64,000 bases of DNA. Origin: Planctomycetota bacterium (lineage in GTDB: Bacteria > Planctomycetota > UBA1135 > UBA2386). The notes beneath the pieces are model-generated. The model ran no database searches. It worked only from the letters and a program-made list of their open reading frames with translations, and was not told the origin of the DNA. Each line of letters starts with the position of its first letter. Positions within the stretch are counted from its first letter, which is position 1. Both the position numbers and the translations under genes were made by a program. The stretch spans positions 1 through 64,000 of the forward strand of contig CANMWZ010000006.1 in assembly GCA_947501605.1 (NCBI GenBank), read 5' to 3'. Below are positions 18,132-27,367 of the stretch, piece by piece.

Positions 18132-20027
18132 ATGCCGCGAGCGCCGCTGCTGCTGTTATTGCCGTTGTTAGCCATGCTGCCGCCGTGCTGCCACGACGGC
18201 GCTTTGCTGCTCCAACGTGAGCCCGACATCGTTCCGGTGTTGGTCGATCGCTACGTAGCCACCAACGGTGACGATGACAATCCGGGCACCCGAGCTGCAC
18301 CGTGGGCGACGGTCCGCCATGCGCTCACGCAACTCAGCGCTGGCTCGACGCTCTACCTGCGCAACGGCACCTACCGTGAGCGGTCGATGGAGATAAGGCT
18401 GCGCGGCCAGCCAGCTGCACCGATCAGGATCCACAGCCCCGCCGGTGAGACTGCGACCATCGACGGGGCCTTGCCCGAGTTCGACACCCGACCCGATCGC
18501 GCGTGGGACCTGCATGACGCTGCCCTCCAGATCTACAAGTCGCGTGCGACGTTTGCCGGCGCCCAGCGCGTCTACGGCGCGCTAGCCGATGAGGAGGGCG
18601 GTCACGCCCTCGTCCCCTACAACGACTACGCGACACTGAGCGCGACCTCCGAGGACTACTCGGCGACGCAGAGCTACTACTGCGGCCCGGGCGTATTCTG
18701 GAACCCGACCGACGCATGCATCTACGTGCGCCTGCAACGGAGCCGCTATCAAGATCAGGTCGACCTCAAGGTTCCACGCCTGACCGATGCGCGCCGGACC
18801 AAACTGCGACTGTTCGAACGTGGCACCGTGCTGTTGCTGAAGCCGCAATCCGCCCACGTCGACATCCAAGGCATCCGCCTCCGTGGCGCCGAGTACGGCC
18901 TCGAACTGGCCGTAGGTTGTAGCGACATCACCGTACGCAACTGCGCCATCGACGCCGGTCGCTACGCAGTGCTCGTACGGGGCGCGGCCCAACGCCTCGT
19001 GTTCGACCACGTGAAAGTCGACGGCCACTTCCCCGCCTGGGTACCCCGCAGCGACGTCAAGAAGCCAGACGGCGCGGCGCCGGCCCGCCTGCTGCAGGGC
19101 GCAGCGTTCTTGCTCGAAGGTTCGGTCCAGCGCGCCGAGATCGCGCACTGCACGATGCGGTCTTGCTTTGACGGCATCGACACCAGCGGCGCCGCCACCT
19201 TCATCAACGTGCACGACTGCCTCTTCGACACGATCCGCGACGACGCGTTCGAGATCGCAGCGTCGGCGTGGAACGTCGAGTTCCACGACAACATGGTGCG
19301 CTGCGCCGCCGCCGGCGTCTCGTGGAACGGTGCGCAAGCGCCACCTCGCGCCCACACCGGCAAGAAGTGGATCCACCACAATGTGATCGACACCAGCACC
19401 ATGCAGCTCTACGGCCGCAGCGATCCACAGGGCCTGCTGCCAGTGTCCTGGCGGGGCACGCAGGCGGATGGCATGGCGACCGGACGACCCTTCGGGCTCC
19501 ACGACACGGGCGGGATGACGGATCCCGATCCCTGGAAGATCTACCAAAACACTGTGATCGCGGCCGCCGACGTCGATGGCGAGGGGTTCGGTCTCGCCTA
19601 CCGATTCGAACCCTTCGATCCCACGCAGCCGCACGAGGTGCTCAACAACGTATTCGTGCAGCGCGGCGAGCAGTGGATGCTCCGCTTTGGCCGCGTGCAC
19701 GACGGTTCCCAGATTTTTGATGGCAACGTCTGGTTCCGTGCCCCCGAGGCGGCCGGCACGTGGCTGTGGTATGGCATCGCGCTGCGCGACGACGCGAAGG
19801 ACTTCGCCGACCTCGCCTCGTTCCGCGCGTCGGCACACGGGCGAGCGACGCAGGTGCACTACACCCCGGGCTTCGAGTCCCGCGGCGTCGAAGCCGACCC
19901 GCAACTCGATAGCCAGTTCCGCCCGCTGCCTGCCGGGCCGGCTGCGCGTCCTGGCGTGGATCTCTCGAGCCGTGCCTGGCCTTCTGCACAACGGAGTGGC
20001 TTCCGCGGCGCGCTGCCGCCGCAGTAG
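18132..20027 (+). CDS. Secreted right-handed beta-helix (pectin-lyase-like) protein
   Basis: Signal peptide; YVATNGDDDNPGT..APWATV..A...L..G.T.YLR.GTY N-terminus; repeated short beta-strand units. Confidence 0.75.
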   Translation: MPRAPLLLLLPLLAMLPPCCHDGALLLQREPDIVPVLVDRYVATNGDDDNPGTRAAPWATVRHALTQLSAGSTLYLRNGTYRERSMEIRLRGQPAAPIRIHSPAGETATIDGALPEFDTRPDRAWDLHDAALQIYKSRATFAGAQRVYGALADEEGGHALVPYNDYATLSATSEDYSATQSYYCGPGVFWNPTDACIYVRLQRSRYQDQVDLKVPRLTDARRTKLRLFERGTVLLLKPQSAHVDIQGIRLRGAEYGLELAVGCSDITVRNCAIDAGRYAVLVRGAAQRLVFDHVKVDGHFPAWVPRSDVKKPDGAAPARLLQGAAFLLEGSVQRAEIAHCTMRSCFDGIDTSGAATFINVHDCLFDTIRDDAFEIAASAWNVEFHDNMVRCAAAGVSWNGAQAPPRAHTGKKWIHHNVIDTSTMQLYGRSDPQGLLPVSWRGTQADGMATGRPFGLHDTGGMTDPDPWKIYQNTVIAAADVDGEGFGLAYRFEPFDPTQPHEVLNNVFVQRGEQWMLRFGRVHDGSQIFDGNVWFRAPEAAGTWLWYGIALRDDAKDFADLASFRASAHGRATQVHYTPGFESRGVEADPQLDSQFRPLPAGPAARPGVDLSSRAWPSAQRSGFRGALPPQ

Positions 20028-20055
20028 GCCTGAGACCTGCGACCGCCGGCTGGCT

Positions 20056-21528
20056 TCAAACGGTGGTGCGTCCCGCAAGGGTCCGTACGAGCCACACGCC
20101 GTCCCCACCGAGCACTCGGTTCGGCGCGACGCGAACGAGGATTCCGAATCCTGCGCCAGCGCCCAGCGTCCCACCGAGCAGCACCACCCACGCTGGCATC
20201 GCTGCGGCGCGGAGTACTTCGGCAGCAAGAAACGCAAGCGAACCGAACAAGGAGCCGAGCACGATGCCGCGAACGTGCAGGGCGAAGAATCGACCCCACG
20301 GCAACCCGGTCGTGACAATGCTCAGCCAAGCCATCATCAGATAGTTGGTAGCAAGCGCGGCGACGACGCCGCAGGCAACACCCGTCACCCCCCACTCCTT
20401 GCCGAGGAAGGCGCCACCAAAGATGAGGACGGCGAAAATCGCCTGCCGCCACGCGCGGGCATAGACGTTACCGGTCGCGCGCGCGAGCATGTCGCTGATC
20501 TTGTAGCCAGTGCGGAAGACGAGCCCGCCCATCAGCACCTGGAACGGCAGGACCACTTCGCTCCAGCCGTCGCCGAGCACGACATCGACGATCTCGGGTG
20601 CCAGAGCAATGCCGAAGACGGCCGCCGGCGTCATTACACTGGCGATCAACGACACGCCTCGCGCATAGGCAAGGCGCAGCTGCTGCCTGTCGTCCTGGAC
20701 TCGCGACAGCAACGGGAACACGATGCGGTCGACGACTTCGCCGAGGAACATCGCGGGCATCGCCATCAACTGGTAGGCGCGGCCGTAGACGCCGAGCGCG
20801 CTGGTCAACATCCACCGCCCGACGACCAGATTGTCACCCTGGGATGCGGCGTAGTTGCACAGGCCTGCACTGGCGACACCACCGCTGTAGCGCACGATTT
20901 CGCGGGCCGCCTGCCGTTCGGGCCACCATCGGCGCGGATGCGGACGCAGCCAAGCGAACATCACTGACTTGACCAGAGCCTGGCCGAGGATTGCGGCGAC
21001 CAAGGCCCAGACACCCAAGCCAGCGAGGGCACCGCCGATGCCGAGCGGCAGATAGCCGACCACCACGCCCGCAGTCTCGGCGAGGCCGAGTTCGCGCAGC
21101 CGCATCTCGCGCTGCAGCAGAGCCTCGGGCACCAGCCCGGGCGCTTGGCACGCGAACAGCAGCGCCATCACGCGCATGACCGGCATCAATGCGTCGTCGC
21201 GGAAGAACAGGGCCACCGCGGGTGCCAGCACCCAGAGGAGGGCGATCATCGCGACTGCGCTGATCACGCCGAGGGAGAATGCCGTGCCGACGTGGTCATC
21301 GCGCACATCCTCGCGCTGCACCAGCGCCGGACCGATGCTCGAGTGGATGACGCGCCCGATGCCGACCACGATCAGGGTCGCGGTCACGATGCCGAACGCT
21401 TCCGGCTGGTCGCGCAGTTCGCGCGCGAGCACGGCCAGGAGCACGAACTGGCCAAGGCCTACGGCGCCAAGCCCGAGCGACGACCATGTGATCCAACCAA
21501 GGCTGGGTGGCGGGGCGGCGGCGGTCAT
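20056..21528 (-). CDS. wzx: Polysaccharide flippase (Wzx/WzxC-like)
   Basis: Multiple TM helices; VLAR.L..P.AFG, GPALVQR, DNLVVGR....ALGVY.RAY. Confidence 0.88.
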   Translation of the reverse strand: MTAAAPPPSLGWITWSSLGLGAVGLGQFVLLAVLARELRDQPEAFGIVTATLIVVGIGRVIHSSIGPALVQREDVRDDHVGTAFSLGVISAVAMIALLWVLAPAVALFFRDDALMPVMRVMALLFACQAPGLVPEALLQREMRLRELGLAETAGVVVGYLPLGIGGALAGLGVWALVAAILGQALVKSVMFAWLRPHPRRWWPERQAAREIVRYSGGVASAGLCNYAASQGDNLVVGRWMLTSALGVYGRAYQLMAMPAMFLGEVVDRIVFPLLSRVQDDRQQLRLAYARGVSLIASVMTPAAVFGIALAPEIVDVVLGDGWSEVVLPFQVLMGGLVFRTGYKISDMLARATGNVYARAWRQAIFAVLIFGGAFLGKEWGVTGVACGVVAALATNYLMMAWLSIVTTGLPWGRFFALHVRGIVLGSLFGSLAFLAAEVLRAAAMPAWVVLLGGTLGAGAGFGILVRVAPNRVLGGDGVWLVRTLAGRTTV

Positions 21529-21582
21529 GCGCACCTCTGTTGATCGCAAGCACGAATCGCGACGGGGCCGGTGCAGTTCCGC

Positions 21583-22917
21583 ATGGGCCAAGGCCGCAGT
21601 GGCAGTCTAGAGTGCGCGTGGGCCCCCTCCGCCATCGCTTCCATCGTGCAGAGTCTCGTCGTCTTCACTGCCTGCTTGTTGCTCTGGCTCCAGCCCGTGC
21701 AGTGCCTGAAGCTGCCCGGCAACCTGCAGCTCGCCGACTTCGCCAGCATTGTGTTCATGCCGCTCTGCTGGGGCTGGCTCGTGCAAACGCGCCGCCCGCT
21801 GCGCCTGCCGCTGCTGGGTCCAATGCTGGGAATCCTCTGCATCACCGGCATTTCTTCGGTGGTGTCTAGGGATCCGTCGGCGGGCGCAATCGTGCTGGTC
21901 ACGGAGCTCTATCTATACCTCTGGTTCGCCACGCTGGCGCTGTTGTTCGGCAGCGCCGACGAAGCCTCCGTGCGGAAACTGTTGTGGGTCTGGGTCCTGT
22001 CCGGGCTTGCCAACGGCGCGTTGATTCTCTGCCAGTTCGCACACCCGCCCCTACTCGCAACGATGAACGGCATACTCGGCGGCCGCGGCGCGCTGGACCC
22101 GTTCCGCCCCTCTGGCCTGTTCGAGAATTGCAACTCGGCTTCGCTATTCCAACTCTCCGCGTTCGTGCCGCTGCTCACTCTCCGCCTCCCCGAACGAGCG
22201 ACGGCGGGCCTTGCCGCCATCCTGCTGGTGATGATGCTGGGCACTGGGTCGATGGGCGGCGCGCTCGCGTTCGTGACCGGAACGGCCCTCATGATGGCCA
22301 GCCTCGTCGTGCTGCGGAACCAACCAAGAGCGTTCCTGCGGTACATTGCGCTCGGCCTCGTCTCTCTCGTCGTGCTGGCGCTAGTCGTCGCCGTGCTGCT
22401 CATGGTGATGCCGTCGATGCAGCATCGCATCGAGTATGTGCTGACCGGGCGCAGCGAAGGCTCGGCCAGCAGCCGCTTCGGGCTGTGGCAGAGGGGACTC
22501 GACATCTTGCTGCGCGACTTGCCGGCAGTTGGCGTCGGCCCGGACGTGTTCAAGTCCATCGCCGGCTTCGGCATGCACAACGACATCCTCTCGTTCGCCG
22601 TCGAACGTGGCCTGCTCGGCGTGCTGTTTCTCGTGATGTTCACGGTCGCCGCGGCCGTCCATGCGGTGCAACTGGCGCGCGATCCGGATGCGCACAGCGG
22701 CAACGCGGCGCTCGTCCACGGAGCCATGCTCTGTGGACTCATCGCCATTGCGCAGACGCACGAGATCTTCCACCAGCGGCCCCTCTGGATGATGCTCGCG
22801 CTACAAGAGGGGATGTGGTGGCGCATGGTGCAACGACGTAGCCCCGGGACGGGGGGAGAGCTCCACCCAGTGCCCGGTGAGGCCCAAACGGGCGCCGAAG
22901 AGCGCACTAGCAACTAG
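21583..22917 (+). CDS. Wzy polymerase / O-antigen ligase family protein
   Basis: Many TM helices; RPSGLFEN.N, TGS.G, SR..LW..G, GVGP..F, HND motifs; start uncertain. Confidence 0.82.
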   Translation: MGQGRSGSLECAWAPSAIASIVQSLVVFTACLLLWLQPVQCLKLPGNLQLADFASIVFMPLCWGWLVQTRRPLRLPLLGPMLGILCITGISSVVSRDPSAGAIVLVTELYLYLWFATLALLFGSADEASVRKLLWVWVLSGLANGALILCQFAHPPLLATMNGILGGRGALDPFRPSGLFENCNSASLFQLSAFVPLLTLRLPERATAGLAAILLVMMLGTGSMGGALAFVTGTALMMASLVVLRNQPRAFLRYIALGLVSLVVLALVVAVLLMVMPSMQHRIEYVLTGRSEGSASSRFGLWQRGLDILLRDLPAVGVGPDVFKSIAGFGMHNDILSFAVERGLLGVLFLVMFTVAAAVHAVQLARDPDAHSGNAALVHGAMLCGLIAIAQTHEIFHQRPLWMMLALQEGMWWRMVQRRSPGTGGELHPVPGEAQTGAEERTSN

Positions 22918-22938
22918 CGACTTGCCCTCGACGGTCGG

Positions 22939-24120
22939 TCACCTGCGGTGCTTCGCGACCAAGTGCTGCACCGACGCGATTACGTGGTCCACATCGGCGT
23001 CTTCCATCCGCGAGTAGAGCGGCAGTGAGACCATGCGCAGGAAGTTCTGGTAGGCGACCGGGAAGTCGTTCGGCTGGAAGCCGTACTTGTCGCGGTAGAA
23101 GGGATGCGTGTGGATCGGGATGAAGTGCACCGATGCCGTGATCCCGAGATCTGCGAGCTGGCGCATGAACTCGTCGCGGTCGACGCCGAGGCGCGCGAGA
23201 TTGAGGCGCAGAACATAGAGGTGATGCGCGGTCACGACCTCCTGTCGGACCGTCGGCGTCTCCAGTTCAGGCATCGAGGCAAACGCCGCGTTGTAGCGAG
23301 CGACCAGCTCGTTGCGCCGCTTCTGGAAGTCGTTCATCCGCCGCAACTGCACGCGACCGATCGCCGAAGCCACGTCGGTGAGGTTGTATTTGAAGCCGGG
23401 TGCGAGGATCTCGTACTTCCAGCTGCCGCCCTTCTCGTAGCGACGAGCGGCGTCTTTGCTCATTCCGTGGAGGTGAAGCACGCGCGCGCGCTCGAGCAGT
23501 TTGGGGTCGCCCGTCAACATGCCGCCTTCGCAGGTCGTGATGTTCTTGGTCGCGTAGAAGCTCCACGCGGTCATGTTGCCGTGGCTGCCGATCGACTTGC
23601 CCTTGTAGCTGGCTGGCAGCGAGTGCGCGGCGTCCTCGACGATCGCGATGCCACGCTTCTTGGCCATGGCGAGGATCGGGTCGAGATCAACCGGGTGCCC
23701 CGCGTAGTGCACGGCGATGATCGCCTTGACGTCCGGCGTGAGTCGCCGCTCGAGATCCTTCGGGCAGATGTTCAACGTGTCCGGTTCGACGTCGCACAGC
23801 AACGGCGTCGCGCCGACATGCTCGATCACGTTGACCGAAGCCGCAAAGGTCATCGTCGTGGTCGCGACCTTGTCACCCCGGCCGAGACCGAGCGTAGCCA
23901 GCGCGACATGCAGACCGGCCGTGCACGAGTTCATGGCAATGCCGGCGGGAGCATCCACGGCGGCGCAAAACTCGGCCTCGAATGCCTTCGTCTTCGGGCC
24001 GGTGGTGATCCAGTCCGTGCGCAGGGTGTCGACGACTTCATTGATCTCCTCCTCGGTGATGTTCGGCGGGGAGAAGGGAACGTTGCGAATGGCAATACCT
24101 GTTGGATCGATAGCAGTCAT
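22939..24120 (-). CDS. DegT/DnrJ/EryC1/StrS family sugar aminotransferase
   Basis: NSCTAGLH, VHYAG, EDAAHS, SFYATKNITTCEGGM (PLP lysine), GFKYN. Confidence 0.95.
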   Translation of the reverse strand: MTAIDPTGIAIRNVPFSPPNITEEEINEVVDTLRTDWITTGPKTKAFEAEFCAAVDAPAGIAMNSCTAGLHVALATLGLGRGDKVATTTMTFAASVNVIEHVGATPLLCDVEPDTLNICPKDLERRLTPDVKAIIAVHYAGHPVDLDPILAMAKKRGIAIVEDAAHSLPASYKGKSIGSHGNMTAWSFYATKNITTCEGGMLTGDPKLLERARVLHLHGMSKDAARRYEKGGSWKYEILAPGFKYNLTDVASAIGRVQLRRMNDFQKRRNELVARYNAAFASMPELETPTVRQEVVTAHHLYVLRLNLARLGVDRDEFMRQLADLGITASVHFIPIHTHPFYRDKYGFQPNDFPVAYQNFLRMVSLPLYSRMEDADVDHVIASVQHLVAKHRR

Positions 24121-24141
24121 GGATAGAGACGCGGTGAGGCG

Positions 24142-25191
24142 TCAGTCGCCAGTGGGGTCGATGAACAAACCAAACTGAATGCGGAGCACCTGCGCGAACA
24201 CCGAGCGCGTCCAGGTCGCGGCGGTGTGTTCGATGACGATCACGTCACCGGGCTTGATGCGAAGATTCGAGGACTGAACGAGACCGCCACCGGCGATCTC
24301 GAACGTAGCCGGCACGATGCGGCCGTCGCGGTCGCGACGGAACACCGTGGCATAAGGCGGATCGGAGATCATGTCGACGCCGCCGGCGATCGCGAGCGCT
24401 TGCATGAGGTTGTAGGAAACCTCTGGTGGGTACTCGTAGGCGCCCGGCTTCACGACGAGGCCGATGACGGTGAACGTGTCGGGCTCGTAGCGCTCGACCT
24501 CGACCGTGTCGCCGCGGCGCAGTTCGACATCGGTGAACGGGACGTTCAAGCCCTTCACCGGCAGTACGACGTCCTTGCCGTCGCCACCATCCTGGCGGCG
24601 GATGCGGATCGCGCGGGCACCGACCACCAAGTTGCTCGACTTGAGGATGCCACCGGCCGAAGAGAGCGCGCCGTAGAGCGTCATCTGATCATGCCGCAAT
24701 TCGTGGATGCCCGGCACCTCAACAGCACCGAGCACGTTCACCACCTGTTTGTCGAACTCGAGAACGCGAGCGACGATCGCCGGTTTGGCGACCAAGAACT
24801 TCGGGTGCGCGGCGCTCTGCACCGCGGCTTCGAGTTCGAGCAGGGTCCGGCCGTTCGCTGTCACGGCGCCGACAAGTGGCACTTCGATCACCCCTTCGGC
24901 ATCGACCCGAGCCTGATGCACCTCTGCGGGCGGCAACGCCTCGCTGCCAGAGGAAGTCCCGAGCAATGCGCGCGGGCCGCGCAGCTCGACAATGTCGCCA
25001 GGGCCCAGTCGATACGGACCGGGGACGGGAATCTGGGCGAGCATCGCTTCGCGATCGAGTTCTGGCAACACCGGGCCTGCAGCCTCGAATGCGCGCAGCT
25101 GCTCAGGATCAAGGAAGTAGCGCGTGGCACCGCAGCCGCCGACGACCATAGCCGCGCCCAAAGCGACCGCGCGGACGAGGGCACCGATCAT
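24142..25191 (-). CDS. wza: Polysaccharide export lipoprotein (Wza, SLBB domains)
   Basis: Lipobox VGGC; YRLGPGD, G.I.VPLVG.V, V.V.GAV..PG. Confidence 0.85.
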   Translation of the reverse strand: MIGALVRAVALGAAMVVGGCGATRYFLDPEQLRAFEAAGPVLPELDREAMLAQIPVPGPYRLGPGDIVELRGPRALLGTSSGSEALPPAEVHQARVDAEGVIEVPLVGAVTANGRTLLELEAAVQSAAHPKFLVAKPAIVARVLEFDKQVVNVLGAVEVPGIHELRHDQMTLYGALSSAGGILKSSNLVVGARAIRIRRQDGGDGKDVVLPVKGLNVPFTDVELRRGDTVEVERYEPDTFTVIGLVVKPGAYEYPPEVSYNLMQALAIAGGVDMISDPPYATVFRRDRDGRIVPATFEIAGGGLVQSSNLRIKPGDVIVIEHTAATWTRSVFAQVLRIQFGLFIDPTGD

Positions 25192-27329
25192 GCCTGCTCC
25201 CCCACGCGACGCTGGTCGGCCAAAAGCACGCTGTGCACGTCGGGCGACGGCAAGGCCAGCAGTTGGGCCGAGTGCAGCCGCTCGCTACGCAACTGCGAAC
25301 GCGACGCGCCGCGAAACACCACACCGACCACCTGACCCGCAACCGCCGCAACTGCATCCTGCGCGGCCTGCACGGCTCCGACGGTCGAAGCCCCCGGACG
25401 CAGGACCAACAGCGAAGCATCGCAGACGGCAGCGAGAATGCGTGCGTCGACGGCCTGCAGCAAAGCCGGCGAGTCCACGAGCACGCGGTCCCATTGGCTG
25501 GCGAGTTGTTGCAGCAGCGTCGGCAGCGCCGCGGCATCAAGGACTCCTACCGACCCGTCGATCGCGCCGGCGGGCAGCACAAACAGACCTGGAAGTGCCG
25601 TCGCCTGGATCGCAGTGGCGACCGGCAGCTGCTGCGCCAACACCTGTCGCAAGCCGACCGACCCGTCGAGCCCGAAGTACTCGCACTGCGTCTGCTGACC
25701 GAAGTCGGCATCGACGATCAGCGTGCGCTGCCCCGCCTGGGCAGACGCAATGCCGAGGCCAGCGGTCGTGGCCGACGCACCGGCACCACGTTGTAGGCCG
25801 ACGATCTGCAGCGTGCGGTAGCGCTTCGCGCGGGCGCCGAAGTGGAGAACAGCGCGCAGGGATTGCAGCGCCGCTTCGAGGTTCTTGCGCCGGCCCAGAG
25901 TCGCGATCATGCCGCCCGCCGCCATGCGCACCTTCGGCAGGGCCCCGAGCACCGGCACGTCAAGCGGGAGATCCGCGGCGCTGTGCACACGAGGCCACAC
26001 GATCGAGCGCCCAAAAGCCAACGCGAGCCCCAGCAGCACGCCGACGAAACCGCAGATGGCGGCCAATGAGGTCTTCGAGGCGGCGACCACTGCGCCCGCT
26101 GGCGTTGCGTACTCGTAAACGAGAGAGCTCCGCGGCGGCTGCTCTGAGTTGCCGAGGTTCTCGTTGATGTCGATGCCGCGAACACGCTCATAGAGCGCAT
26201 CCGCGAGCTTGTGGGCCCGATCGAAGCGGATCTCGAGGCCGCGGAACTCGGCAATCGCCGGATCGATGTTGCGCAAGCGCTGCTCTTCGTCGCGGATGCG
26301 CACGAGCAGGTCATCGCACAGACGGCGCTGACCGAGTTGACGCTGTTCGAGGCTCGCAATGTGCGCTGTCGTGATTCGCTCGGCAATGGCGTTGGCGAGT
26401 TCGAATTGCCGTGCGATGGTGCCTTCGAGCCGCTGCACTTCAGGATGCTCGGGGGTCATTGTTGCGAGCATCCGTAGACGCTGCTGCAGCAACTCATCGA
26501 TCTGGGCCTGCACATCGAGCGACTGCCGCATCGTCGCGTCGTCGATGCCGGGCATCGGCAGACGCAGGATCGGTTGCGTGGCTTCGGCCCGACTCTTGGC
26601 GGCGCGGAGCTGGGCCGACGATTCCATGGCCGCCAGCTCGGCCTGCGTCAACGCCAGGTTGAGTTCGCGCAGGCGGCTTGCTCCCTGCGTCTCCTTGGCA
26701 TCGCCCAGCGACACACCCGGGTGCTGCTCGAGGAACGCGATCTGTTCCTGCTGCACGGTGCGAAGCTCGGCCTCGTAGCGCTCCAGTTCGCGCCGCAGTG
26801 CGATCAGAACCTCGCCCGCAGTCTGGTGCTGGCTTTGCGAATGGCGCTCGATGTAGGCATCAACGACCGCGTTGACGACGAGGCAGGCATCTTCCACGGC
26901 CTCGGATTCGAGCGTGACGGTGATCAGGTCGTCCTCGGTGCCAACAGCTACCGACAACCGCTTGCGCAACCACGCGAGATGGTTGTCAGAATCGCCGAAC
27001 ATCGGGCTCGACTCGATTCCTGGCTGGGCCAAGCCCGCTTGCAACACCGGCGTCGACCTCAGCAGCGCCGCCTGGGTGTTGGCGTAGTTGCGCGACTGCA
27101 GCCAGTGGGAGACTTCGCCTCCTGGCAGCATCGGGCTCTGGCGCTCGACGTAGAGCACGGACTTGGTGCGCCAGATGGTGCCGCGCTGCTCGGCGACGAA
27201 GACGCCGATGCTGGCCGCGAGGATTGCACACGATGCGACCAGCCAGCGACCGCGCCAGACGAAGGCTAGGGCCTGGAGCGGCGACGGCTCGCGCATGGCC
27301 GCGCCCGTTCGTTCTTCGATGGACCTCAC
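25188..27329 (-). CDS. wzc: Polysaccharide co-polymerase (Wzc-like) with a degenerate kinase domain
   Basis: TM-coiled coil-TM architecture; PVLGALP, IVDAD and VLVDSPA retained; Walker A reads GAGAS. Confidence 0.85.
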   Translation of the reverse strand: MRSIEERTGAAMREPSPLQALAFVWRGRWLVASCAILAASIGVFVAEQRGTIWRTKSVLYVERQSPMLPGGEVSHWLQSRNYANTQAALLRSTPVLQAGLAQPGIESSPMFGDSDNHLAWLRKRLSVAVGTEDDLITVTLESEAVEDACLVVNAVVDAYIERHSQSQHQTAGEVLIALRRELERYEAELRTVQQEQIAFLEQHPGVSLGDAKETQGASRLRELNLALTQAELAAMESSAQLRAAKSRAEATQPILRLPMPGIDDATMRQSLDVQAQIDELLQQRLRMLATMTPEHPEVQRLEGTIARQFELANAIAERITTAHIASLEQRQLGQRRLCDDLLVRIRDEEQRLRNIDPAIAEFRGLEIRFDRAHKLADALYERVRGIDINENLGNSEQPPRSSLVYEYATPAGAVVAASKTSLAAICGFVGVLLGLALAFGRSIVWPRVHSAADLPLDVPVLGALPKVRMAAGGMIATLGRRKNLEAALQSLRAVLHFGARAKRYRTLQIVGLQRGAGASATTAGLGIASAQAGQRTLIVDADFGQQTQCEYFGLDGSVGLRQVLAQQLPVATAIQATALPGLFVLPAGAIDGSVGVLDAAALPTLLQQLASQWDRVLVDSPALLQAVDARILAAVCDASLLVLRPGASTVGAVQAAQDAVAAVAGQVVGVVFRGASRSQLRSERLHSAQLLALPSPDVHSVLLADQRRVGEQA

Positions 27330-27367
27330 GTGTCAGTTGCTCCAGTTCTGGCGTACTGCATTCGGCG

